Assembly: GCA_964019335.1 (NCBI GenBank)
Contig: OZ025672.1
Span: forward strand, 310,001-374,000
DNA from: Diplonema japonicum
Taxonomy: Eukaryota; Protista; Euglenozoa: Diplonemea
DNA: 64,000 bases
Reading direction: 5' to 3'
The notes beneath the pieces were generated by a model. That model was not told where the DNA came from. It saw only the letters and a program-made list of their open reading frames with translations, and ran no database searches. The first letter of the stretch is position 1; each line of letters begins with the position of its first letter. A program made the translations under genes and the position numbers. This document shows, piece after piece, positions 52,618 through 62,452 of the stretch.

Positions 52618-55046
52618 TCACGTGTTGTCTGTGGCCATCTGCTTATCAAGGTGTACGCCCATCTCGCTGAGCATGTTTGACACCGGACCGCTCGCACCTT
52701 CTTGTGACTTGATACTCTCCAGGAAATTCTGCAGGAGGTTGGTGGCCTCTCCCTCCACGTCCACTCTCCCCATCGAATCGTGCGTGCTCAGCTCCTCGTT
52801 CAGTTTTTTCATGTACTCCTGCGCTGCAGTCAGCGCTTCTTCGCCCCCTGGACCCATGTCCACGTCTTTGATGTCTCCAAAACCTCCATCTTCCTCCTCC
52901 TCCTCCTCTTCTTCTTCTTCTTCTTCACCCGCTGTACCCATATCTTGAACACGCAAGAGCCTTCTTCGTGCCGCCCAAAACTTCTCTGCGTTGTACGTCC
53001 TGTGCGTTGCTTTGCACTGTTTTGTCTTCGGCATACCATTTCTGCTCTCTTGGCGGCACGTAGTCGTCGCCGTCTTCCTCCTCCATCTCAGGGTCCTCAA
53101 GCTCATATGCGTGCTTGGGGCTTTGAAGGGGCCCACGGGCAGCCTGTTAGAAAAAGAAGGATTTTGTAAAGTTCAAAAAGGTATACCTTTTTTGCATGTT
53201 TTGCTTGCTGCTCCAAAGACTTCCTTACAGAGCTCTCGATGTCCTCCTGCTTCGGAGGCACGAGCGGGGGCAGGTCATCGTCGTCGGTGTTCTGTTTGGC
53301 ACCCTTCTTCGACTTCTCCGTCTCGACACCACTGTAGTCGGACTCGCGGTCGATGAACTTCGACACGGCCTGCACAGTGTCAGAGAGGTCCTTAAATGCT
53401 TGCACTTCTGCTGTGGACTGTGCTTTGGAATGTTCCTCTGCTGCCAGCTTCTCGGAAAGCTTGTCGTCGAACTTCTTTGCAAGCATCTCGTCCATGTCCT
53501 TCGCGTCGATGTTCATCCACTGCTCGCTGTCGTCGTCTCGCAGTTCATACACAACCTCCTTCGGGACTGCCTTCCCTGTTCGCAGCTCGTACCTCTTCAG
53601 CACCGCATTCACCACCATGTCAAACCTGCCGAACTTCCCTTTATTCGTAAACACGTGGACTTCTTCCGGCACCCCCTCCTCACACCACGGCGCGACGTGT
53701 TTTGGCTTCACAACCTCCTCAACCTCCTTGACAACCTCAGAAGCGCTTGCCACACCCTCCTCAGTGGCCTCAGCTTTTGCAACGTGGGTAATCGGGCCGT
53801 TCTTCGCAATGTAAAATTCCTCCGCTTGCTTAATCTTCTCCTTCCACAGGGCGCTCCCTTCTATCTCGTCACCGAAGTACCCGATTCTCACAAGTTTCTT
53901 GAGGTACGCGCCGAAAGGATCTTCGTCACCATTTTTCTTTGTTAACACCTTCTGCTCTTTGGCCTTTCTTGTCCGTGCACGTTCCGCCTCAAGACTGGCC
54001 TGGTCACTAACGAGCGACGCATCCTTAGGTGGCTGAGGAGGTTCTTCAGCTTTGGGCTCCTTCACGACGGGAATTGGTGCAGGTGTCGAAGTGGGGGCAG
54101 CTAAGAGGGCTGCTCGGTATGCAGCCTCAAACCCACACGCGAGCTTTGCACCCATGAGATGCCTCTTGTAAGAAGCATCAGTCTTGAAAGGGAGATCGAA
54201 GGAGTCGGGGGGCTGGAACTGCTGCTGTGAAAGCATTGCGTGTAGAATCTTGGTAGTGCGGACCATGCAAGTGGAGGTGCCCACCTTTTTAGGTCCGAAG
54301 GTCTTGAGCGACCGCATGTGCTTGGCGTGTGAGGGGTCACGTTTACATAGCGTGGTGACAGCTTTGGAGATGAGCTGGGGGCACTCCGTCAGGGCCACGG
54401 CAATGGGTGTGGGAAGGACCATTTTCACATGGTGAGATTGGGTAGCAGCGGCAGAGTTGGGAAAAGTGCCAATGCGGGTGTCGAGGCAAGTCTGGATGTC
54501 CGAAGAGTGCAGGTCGGTGATGTTGCTGCGTCGAATTGCGGAGACCGCAGAGCGGAGGTCGAGAGGTGGGCAGTCTGCTGCAGAGTCGGGTGTCACGGCC
54601 TGCATTGAGTAACACTGACCGGGGTGGAGGGGCGCTGGCGGGATGATGAGAACCTTCTTTTCTTTAATAAAAACCCTGTTGTCCATGCCGTCTGGGTCCA
54701 TCCATTCAGGCAGCAGCTCAGCAGCCTCAACAAGCAAGAACTGCCCATCGCTGTCCACCATATGCACAAACAACCCATCTTCGCCAGAGATCAGTACCAA
54801 TAGTGAGACGACGAACCACTCATCGTCGATACTCTCGCCATACTCCAAGCAGCCCTCAAGGCATGGGACCCCATCCCGCTCGCCCTCCTCCAAGTAGAAG
54901 CGGTCCACGTGCCATAGGTACTCCTCGCAGTGCTTTTCCACTTTTTTCTGTATCCGTGTCTTCAGTGTTGCTGGCTCGACAGTCTCTTCGGAAGAAAAGA
55001 CCGCGAAGTGAACGACCCCATCCAGGATCCGTTGGTCTGCATCCAT
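52618..55046 (-). CDS. ECD: Ecdysoneless/hSGT1 family protein; exons 53187..55046, 53037..53143, 52618..52999
   Basis: YGESIDDEWFVV, DSDGQFLLVEAAELLPEW, NRVFI, GAKLACGFE, DDDSEQW, NFLESIKSQEGASGPVSNML. Introns 53144..53186 (43 nt, CTAAC) and 53000..53036 (37 nt) keep the frame. Confidence 0.9.
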
Positions 55047-55172
55047 GTTCTAAGCTCTGCCCCTGCCCTCTGTGTGATTCCTATTTCGTCAATTAAAATC
55101 AAAACCGGTCACAAAATGCTCAAAAAAAACTTCTCAACTATTGTATCCACAGAAGTGGCCGAAGACATATAT

Positions 55173-57020
55173 TTATCGAAACCCGCTGGCACCCCGCCAG
55201 TGGGTAGTGGTGACCTTTGCAGACTCGCCTGCTGCTCGTGGTTTGGCTTGTTCTGCCAGCCCCCTGATAGCGGTGATGCCGTAGGGTGAGTGGAGAACAC
55301 TCTGCCCGACACGCAGGGAGTGGATTTCTTCGTTGTCGCCCTTGCGGAACTCGGAGTATGTCTCGTGCCCTATGAACGGGGAGACTTGTGTGTTGTACTC
55401 ATCGGAACTGAGGATTTTTTTCGGCTGCTCTGCGAGACACACACCGCCTTCACCCTTAGTCATTCGCAGGGGCTCGATCGGCTCCTTCAGCAGTGGCGCA
55501 TGTGGCTTTGCGCTAACAGGCTTGATCGGCTTCAGCTTCTTGTGAACGGTTTGCTTCTGCCTCTGCCCAACAACCTGTGTCGGTGGAGAGGGCATGATCA
55601 TTATTCCGCTAGACCCCAACAATCGCATGTCCTTCCGCTGGCTTGCCATGTGCACCATCACTGCTTGATAGACATCTGGTGGGCACAGTTTACGTACCAT
55701 TCCTGCCACCACAGGGTCACCGGCACTCAGTTTCAGACACTCAATGTACTCCCTTATCGCAGCCGAAGGCTGTTGCAACATTAATAAACACTTCGCTCGA
55801 TTAATGTGGTGCATCGGCTCTTCGTTGCAGCACGCCAGCGCTTTTTCAAATTCCTTCTCCGCACGACCGTACTTCCCTTCGCTGTACAGTTTCGACCCCC
55901 ACGAGGCGTGCAGCTGCGACAGCCTCCAGACAGTCTCCCAGTCTGACGGGTGGTGGTCCAGGACAGTACGGAGGTCACAGAAGGATGCCTCGTGATCACC
56001 TATCATCTTAAGGCACTCTGCGCGTTGAAGCAAACTGTCTTTCTTCTTGGGATCCCATTTCAAGGCCTCGTCGCAGTAGTCTAGGGATTGGTGAAAGGAC
56101 CCCTTGGCGGCGAGCTCGAGGGCTATTCTGGTTAGGGTTTCAGCCAGCTGCGAAGCAGACCGTGCAGTGGCCATGCCACTCTTGTTGATGTTCTCGAAGA
56201 GGTCCTGCACGGCGGCAGTGTACTCTTGCTTGGCGGCGTGGCACGCGGAGCGCGTCTCATACAGCGAAGGGTCATGTGGGAATGCTGATATGCAGACGTC
56301 GAGCTTCTTCTCTGCATCGTTCCACCGTTCTTCTTCCATTGCGGTGACGGCTTCGTTCTTGAAACGGTTAAAGATCGCTTCGAAGGTCATCTCGAGTGAG
56401 GACACAAGCGGCAACTCGGGTGCGATGAGGAGGCACTTCTCCAGGTTAGTCTTCGCTTCCGAGAAGTTCTGGAGTTTGAGATAATACACAGTTTTGGCAA
56501 CCCACACGAAGGGCTGGCATTGTTCTGTACCTTCGCAAGCCTCTGCAGAGCGGAGGGACTCCTCCATCTTGCATAGCATGAAGAGGGTGAGAGAATGGTG
56601 TAGGCGAACGGGCTTGCTGTTTGGGGTGTACTGCAGTGCTGTGTCGAAGTACATCATTGCCTTTTCGAATCGAGAGCTGCTGAAGGCGAGCAACCCAAGA
56701 CAGTCCAAGAGCGCGGTGAGCCGCTGTTTGTGAGAAGGATCAGGCTCCCGCTCTAGGGAAATAGCTTTTTTATAATTCCCCACTGCACTCGAGAGGTCGC
56801 AGAGGTGGACGCAGCTCTCTGCTCGCGCGACGTACAAAATCGGTTCATCAGGGAGCAAAAAAACTGCTTTTGAAAAATGTTGAAATCCACCCACGTGGTC
56901 CATGTCCTTAATACACTGCAGCCCCTTCATGTAGTGCTCGTTGGCTTTTGTGCCGACTAGACCATTTTCCTCGTCTCGGGTTTCACTGTCTTCATTTTCC
57001 TTCTCTTCTTGTTGTGTCAT
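55173..57020 (-). CDS. TTC16: Tetratricopeptide repeat protein, TTC16-like
   Basis: Multiple TPRs; the N-terminal KANEHYMKG...FSKAVFL...RAESCVHLCDLSSAVGN resembles TTC16; start MTQQEE at 57020. Confidence 0.75.
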   Translation of the reverse strand: MTQQEEKENEDSETRDEENGLVGTKANEHYMKGLQCIKDMDHVGGFQHFSKAVFLLPDEPILYVARAESCVHLCDLSSAVGNYKKAISLEREPDPSHKQRLTALLDCLGLLAFSSSRFEKAMMYFDTALQYTPNSKPVRLHHSLTLFMLCKMEESLRSAEACEGTEQCQPFVWVAKTVYYLKLQNFSEAKTNLEKCLLIAPELPLVSSLEMTFEAIFNRFKNEAVTAMEEERWNDAEKKLDVCISAFPHDPSLYETRSACHAAKQEYTAAVQDLFENINKSGMATARSASQLAETLTRIALELAAKGSFHQSLDYCDEALKWDPKKKDSLLQRAECLKMIGDHEASFCDLRTVLDHHPSDWETVWRLSQLHASWGSKLYSEGKYGRAEKEFEKALACCNEEPMHHINRAKCLLMLQQPSAAIREYIECLKLSAGDPVVAGMVRKLCPPDVYQAVMVHMASQRKDMRLLGSSGIMIMPSPPTQVVGQRQKQTVHKKLKPIKPVSAKPHAPLLKEPIEPLRMTKGEGGVCLAEQPKKILSSDEYNTQVSPFIGHETYSEFRKGDNEEIHSLRVGQSVLHSPYGITAIRGLAEQAKPRAAGESAKVTTTHWRGASGFR

Positions 57021-57590
57021 CTGTGACGGTGGTGAGGACTGACAAAAAAAGGAAAAAAAAAAAGACAGAAACAAAAAAGAGAGTACTCGGTTTTGTGGAG
57101 GAAGGGGTTTTTTCTTTTTTTGGGAGATAATGTCTGGAGTGCACTGCAGGCTGCCAAACGACCTTATTTCTTTTTTTTTTTTTTTTTAAAAGGGGAGAGA
57201 GAGCTGCAAAGAAGAAAAAAAAAAAAAAAAAAAAAAAGAGACCGGGAAAAAATAAAAGGGGGTAAAGAAAATAATACGAGAGTAAGAGTGAGTAAATACA
57301 CGGGAATGGAAAAGAGACCCTTAATTTCCCTTCTTTTTTTTTTTTCTCTTCTTCTTCTTCTTCTTCTTCTTCTGACTACAGCGTCCCGTAAGAGGTGACC
57401 CTTTGGCGGCGGGTTCGACACCGAAAGAAACAATACAGGGACTACTACATACATATCAACAACTAGAATTAAATCCATGTAGATAAAAAAAAAATTTAAA
57501 AAAAAAGGAGACTGAGTTGAAAACGAGGATTCCTCTATTATAGTACACAACAACATTTTCCTTTTTTTTTTTTTCCTTTTTTTTTTCCCC

Positions 57591-58950
57591 CTATTGAAAC
57601 GCAGGATGGCCGATCTTTTTTTTTTTTTTTTTCCCTTTTTTTTTTTTCTTTCCATACCGCGTCCATCTGCCCAGGCCCAACTGAAGGCGCGGTTCGGGTA
57701 TACTGTAAAAGCTGCTCATTGGGTTGTGGGGCCACATGATACTTTGGGTCGGAATGGGACTTGTGATGGTGAGAAGGGGACGCGTGATGATGCCGGTGCA
57801 AATGTGCTGGTAAGGACGGGTTCGGATCGGGCGTCTGGAAGGGGTTTTGAACGAGTTGCCGATGACCCCTCTTGCTATTAATCTCATTTTGCACTCTGTT
57901 CTCGTGCGAGGCGTAGTCCCAGGAAGGCTTCCTGTTGAAGTCTCTCCCCAGCTGAACGTGATTCCTTTCGTTTCCGGTGGTGTACCTCCCTCTACCGTGA
58001 GCATTTCGTAACGGGGTGTAACTGTGAATGGGGCTGAACCGCTTCTCCGCCATTTGTTCCTGCCCGTCCACCCAGTCGGCATGGATCTCCTCCGTTATCA
58101 TATGTGTCGGGGATTGTGATCTTCTAGTTCCCTGGATCTTGGGTGTGCTGAATTTTTCAATTATTCTTTTGAATTTTTTTCCCTTCGGATTGTCATCTGT
58201 AGTGAAGATATCGAACTCGGTTAGATTCTCCTCCTTAACCCGGGTTAACGCTTCAGCCATGCTTGCTGGGTTTGTGATTTCATGACCGGCGACAGATACT
58301 AGCCATCCTGTGGGGTTTATCTTGTTTCGCTGGCCTGCCTTTCCTGGTTCCATCCCGAATATCTGGATAGGATCGTCATGGCTGTTCGCGTTCCATTTTA
58401 TGCCGAGGAGTTCGCCGGGGAAGTTTAATTTTACGTTGTATTTGTTAACACCTTGCGGAACGTCGTTGTGGTTGGCAAGCCAGTTTTGAAGTTCCTTCTC
58501 GGCAGGATCTTGAAGAGTGTCCTTAACGTTGATCGTTGGGTGGAGCTCTTGCAACGTTTCTTCGGTCGCCTTGTCCTCGTTTTTCCTGTCGTTGTCTCGC
58601 AGGGTTTTGAGCAGACGTTTTTTTTCAGCTTTTTTGTCGTCAGTTTCAGCAGGTGTGTCATGTTCCACTCGCATTCTTGTGATGGATTTTAACGATGCGT
58701 TGCCTGGTTTTTTTAACGGGCTGTCAATAGGAATTGGGTCGTAGGCTGGTTCCTCTACATAAGGAGTATAAGCCGTTCGTGGTGCGGCTCCGTGAGGGTT
58801 CTTACCCATAGCTTCATCCCGCAGCTTCCTCTCTTCGATTTCTTTCTCCCTTTTTTTCCGCTCGTTTCGTCTCATTGCTGCGACACCAGCTAGGCCAAGC
58901 CCACCCAGTCCTAAGACCGCCCCTGCTATAACCAAGGCTATCGTCGCCAT
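57591..58950 (-). CDS. N-terminally membrane-anchored protein with PDZ-like domain; probable intron 57615..57657
   Basis: TM helix MATIALVIAGAVLGLGGLGLAGVAAM; LLGIKW...IFGMEPGKAG...LVSVAGHEI is PDZ-like. The poly-K tail is explained by an A-rich GTATGG...AAG intron, giving the end MDAIGHPAFQ*. Confidence 0.7.
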
Positions 58951-60048
58951 TTCTCCATTTTTTTTTTAAGTTTTTTTTCTTTCCGTCTCCCTTTTTTTTT
59001 TTTTTTTTTGTTAAATGGAGAAGAAAAAAAAAGTGGAGGATTCATGAGAAAAACGCAAAAGATGGAGGAAACAAATAAGAAAAAAAAAAAGAAAAAAAAA
59101 TCCCAATTTATCGACCAACCTTCTCATTGTATGAGAAGCGCTACTGAAAAAAACGAGGAAGAAAAGAGGTTGGAAAAAAAAAAAAGTTTACATTAAATAA
59201 AAGTTGTTGAAAACGGTAAGGTAACATGGGGTAACCCCTTTTTCTTTTTTTTTTTTTTTTTTTTACCTCCTTCTTTTTTTCCCCTCCCTTCTTCGCTTCC
59301 TCTTCTCGTCTCATCTTCCTCGCTTTTCAGTCTAGTCTTTTATAGTGGATTAGCTTTTTTTTTTTCCTCTCTTCTTTTTTAAAAAATCTTTTTTTACTTA
59401 TACTCCTCTCAATTTTACTTCATTCACTGTTATCGCAATTTAATTTCACTCCAAATACATTTTTTCGACGCTAGTCGAAAATTGGTCGTCGTTCCGCACG
59501 GTTACGAGAGGTGTGCCAATAATATCAGCATCTCATTGAGACCCTGTGAACACAGCCTGATTTTTTTCTTCTCGCAATGGATATTGAATGAAGTAAAATT
59601 GGGGAGAGTAAAATAAAACTACCCCTTTATTCACGCCTTATGAGCTATCATTATACGTCGTGAATAAATGGCTACTCCTTTTTTTAAAAAAAAGAAGTTT
59701 TCTTCTTACTCTCATCCCCAGCATCAATTTGGAAAAAAAGAAAAAAAAAACACGAGAAAAAAAAAAAAGAAAAGAAAACAAATGAGTTCTTTTAAAACTG
59801 CTAACTTACTCTTAGCCAAATACAAGGGAAAAAAAAAAAAGAAAAGAAAACAGGCGGACACGCCGCAGGCAAATGCCACACTGAAAGTTAGCATGTTCTA
59901 AAAGAAGAAAAAGTGGGAAAGGGGAAAAAATAGAATAACGCGGGGCAACGGGAAATAAAAAAAAAGAGAAAAAAATAAAAATAAAAAGTGAAGGAGATGA
60001 CGTTCTTGTGGTGTTCATTGTGTACCTTGCATAGTTCACTCTTTTTAT

Positions 60049-61662
60049 CTATGCCTGTGATCCAGAAGCCTTGAAGAAGGCCTCCTTGAAGTCTGCCAGG
60101 CGGTTCCTTTCTGTGGAAGAAAGCGCGTTCAGGTCCGCGTGCTGGGTGATGTAACTCTTGATGGCCGCACCAAGGTTGGCATCAACAGTGGTCCACCAGT
60201 TGAGCCAAATGTTCAGCACCTCCTGGGTGGTACGCTCGCCGGAGAGGGCAAGAGCAAGCCTGTGGGCCAGCCTGTCCTGCCTGGCGGCGTCAAACGACCT
60301 GTACCTCTGCCCAGGCTGCTCGAAGTCATCTGTCTTGTGGATCATCTCCCTCACCTTCTTCACGTTGTTGTACACCTCAGGGTCATGGGGGTACGGGTTG
60401 GCCTCGTGCACGGACTTGTCCTGCGTGCTGGGGAAGTAGTTGACCTCCCTGACAGCGTTCCCAGCCTCCGTGTAGTGCATAGCACCGTCAACATGCTGGT
60501 CGTAGAACGGGCACACCGGACGGTTGATGGGCAGCATCTGGTTGTTCACCCCAATGCGGTACCTCTGCGTGTCCGCATAGGCGTACAGACGGGTCTGCAA
60601 CATCTTCTCGTCAGACGGTTCAATCCCAGGCACCATCCTCGACGGGGAGAAGGCGATCTGCTCGTTCTCAAGGAACTGCGACGCAGGGTTCGTGTCGAAC
60701 ACGAAGTGCCCGACGTCCTGAAGAGGGATGAGGTTAGTGGGCCACATCTTTGAAGTGTCCAAAGGGTTGAAGCTCAAGCCGTTCATGAAGGTGGTGTTCG
60801 TGGGGTCAATCATCTGCACCTGGAAAGTCCACCCAGCGCAATGCGGCTGGTAGTTGGTGGGGCTGCACTTGGACGAGTTCCCTGACTTGATCTGGTCGTA
60901 CAGGTCCACAGTCGCGAAGTTGAAAGGCATATCCGTTGCTTCTTCATCCTGCAGATTGGCCTCACCCTGCCACGACTTGTAGGTGTACCTCACCCACATG
61001 GACTTACCAGCGGAGTTGATCCACTTGAAAGTGTGAACACCGAACCCAGGGAGCTGCCTGTAGTTGGCAGGAATACCAACATCGTCCATGAGCCAACTGA
61101 ACATGTGAAGAGACTCGGGGTAGTTGCTGAAGTAGTCCCAGATCCTCCACCATTCCTGCACCCCCCTCAGAGGGTTGGGCTTAAGGGCGCGGATCATCTC
61201 AGGAAAGCGAATTCCGTCCCTGATGAAGAAAATAGGGAAGTTCAGCCCCACCACATCGTAGTTCCCCTCTTCGGTGTACAGCTTAATAGCGAACCCACGA
61301 GGGTCCCTCAGGAACTCAGGACTGCCCTTCGAGTGGATCACAGTGCTCCAACGGGAAGCAATCGGAGTCTTCTTGCCAACACCTTGGAACACCTTCGCCA
61401 TGGTGTACTGAGACATATCCCTCGTCAGTGTGAAGGTACCCTTGGCGGCAGCACCCCTTGCGTGCACGTTCCTCTCAGGGATCCTCTCTCTGTTGTGAAC
61501 CTGAAGTCTTTCCATCAGGAGGGCATCCTGAAGAAGGATGGGACCGTTGCTGCCAAGTGTCTGGGAGTTCCTTGCATCATCAACGGGTGCACCTGCGTTG
61601 GTGGTGTAGACCTGACCGCTTACCGCCGCGGCGGAGAGCAGCACCAAGGCTGCGATTTTCAT
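60049..61662 (-). CDS. Heme catalase-family protein (clade-1-like) with signal peptide, copy 1
   Basis: RERIPERNVHARG (distal His), RDPRGF, RLYAYADTQRYR (proximal Tyr); N-terminus MKIAALVLLSAAAVSG|Q. Confidence 0.95.
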   Translation of the reverse strand: MKIAALVLLSAAAVSGQVYTTNAGAPVDDARNSQTLGSNGPILLQDALLMERLQVHNRERIPERNVHARGAAAKGTFTLTRDMSQYTMAKVFQGVGKKTPIASRWSTVIHSKGSPEFLRDPRGFAIKLYTEEGNYDVVGLNFPIFFIRDGIRFPEMIRALKPNPLRGVQEWWRIWDYFSNYPESLHMFSWLMDDVGIPANYRQLPGFGVHTFKWINSAGKSMWVRYTYKSWQGEANLQDEEATDMPFNFATVDLYDQIKSGNSSKCSPTNYQPHCAGWTFQVQMIDPTNTTFMNGLSFNPLDTSKMWPTNLIPLQDVGHFVFDTNPASQFLENEQIAFSPSRMVPGIEPSDEKMLQTRLYAYADTQRYRIGVNNQMLPINRPVCPFYDQHVDGAMHYTEAGNAVREVNYFPSTQDKSVHEANPYPHDPEVYNNVKKVREMIHKTDDFEQPGQRYRSFDAARQDRLAHRLALALSGERTTQEVLNIWLNWWTTVDANLGAAIKSYITQHADLNALSSTERNRLADFKEAFFKASGSQA

Positions 61663-62452
61663 TTTTCTTTGATCGGCTGTAGAAATTACAAGAGCAACAA
61701 AATAAATGAAGAAACAAGAAGGGGTAATAAGAAAGACACCATAGTGAACACCTGCAGTGACACAAAAGCAGCAACAATAATATCGTCGTGGGAAGAGACA
61801 AAGCTGCGGATGAAGACAGAAAGCTAGGCATTAAAGGTTCGCGTTTTCGTTTACCTGCCAGTCCCGTGGCTTCACCCCGTCCTGTCCCCGATCTGGGGGC
61901 GGGTCTTACACATCTGTCGCCTCGTTAGCGCCCGCCGAGGTATCGGCTCAGGCCTTCGAGGTGTGCATTGCCTGTTCTGCGAGGGTAGTCTTCTGTAGCA
62001 GGGGGGGGGCATTGTCCCAGGAGTTCATCAACTGGAAGGCCCTCCTGCCCCTGAATCCTCCGCAGCAGGTGCCTCAGCCTCGAAAAAGAAGAACAAAGTG
62101 ATGCCGCACACTTGAGTGATACACACGTTTTCAAGCAAGCTAGCTAGCAAGTACATACGCCAGCAATGGAAAGAACTATATGCATGGCTGAAACGACTAA
62201 CGAATAGATCGTCCGTTGCAGATCGGGATAGTTCCAGGGGTCTGCTTTACGCTAGTTTGTTAAACTCTCGTATTCTGAGGGGAAAGGAAGTTCGGAAAGT
62301 ACGTTAAGGAGGTTCAGGGGGGAGAAGAAGAAGAAAAAGGGGCACCACTACATTCCACTCTGAGCGGAAAACCGCAAGACAGACAGGTTCGAAGACAGGT
62401 TCATTATACCGACGTCCTTCCACGCCTTACAACCCAGCCCCGAATTACATAT

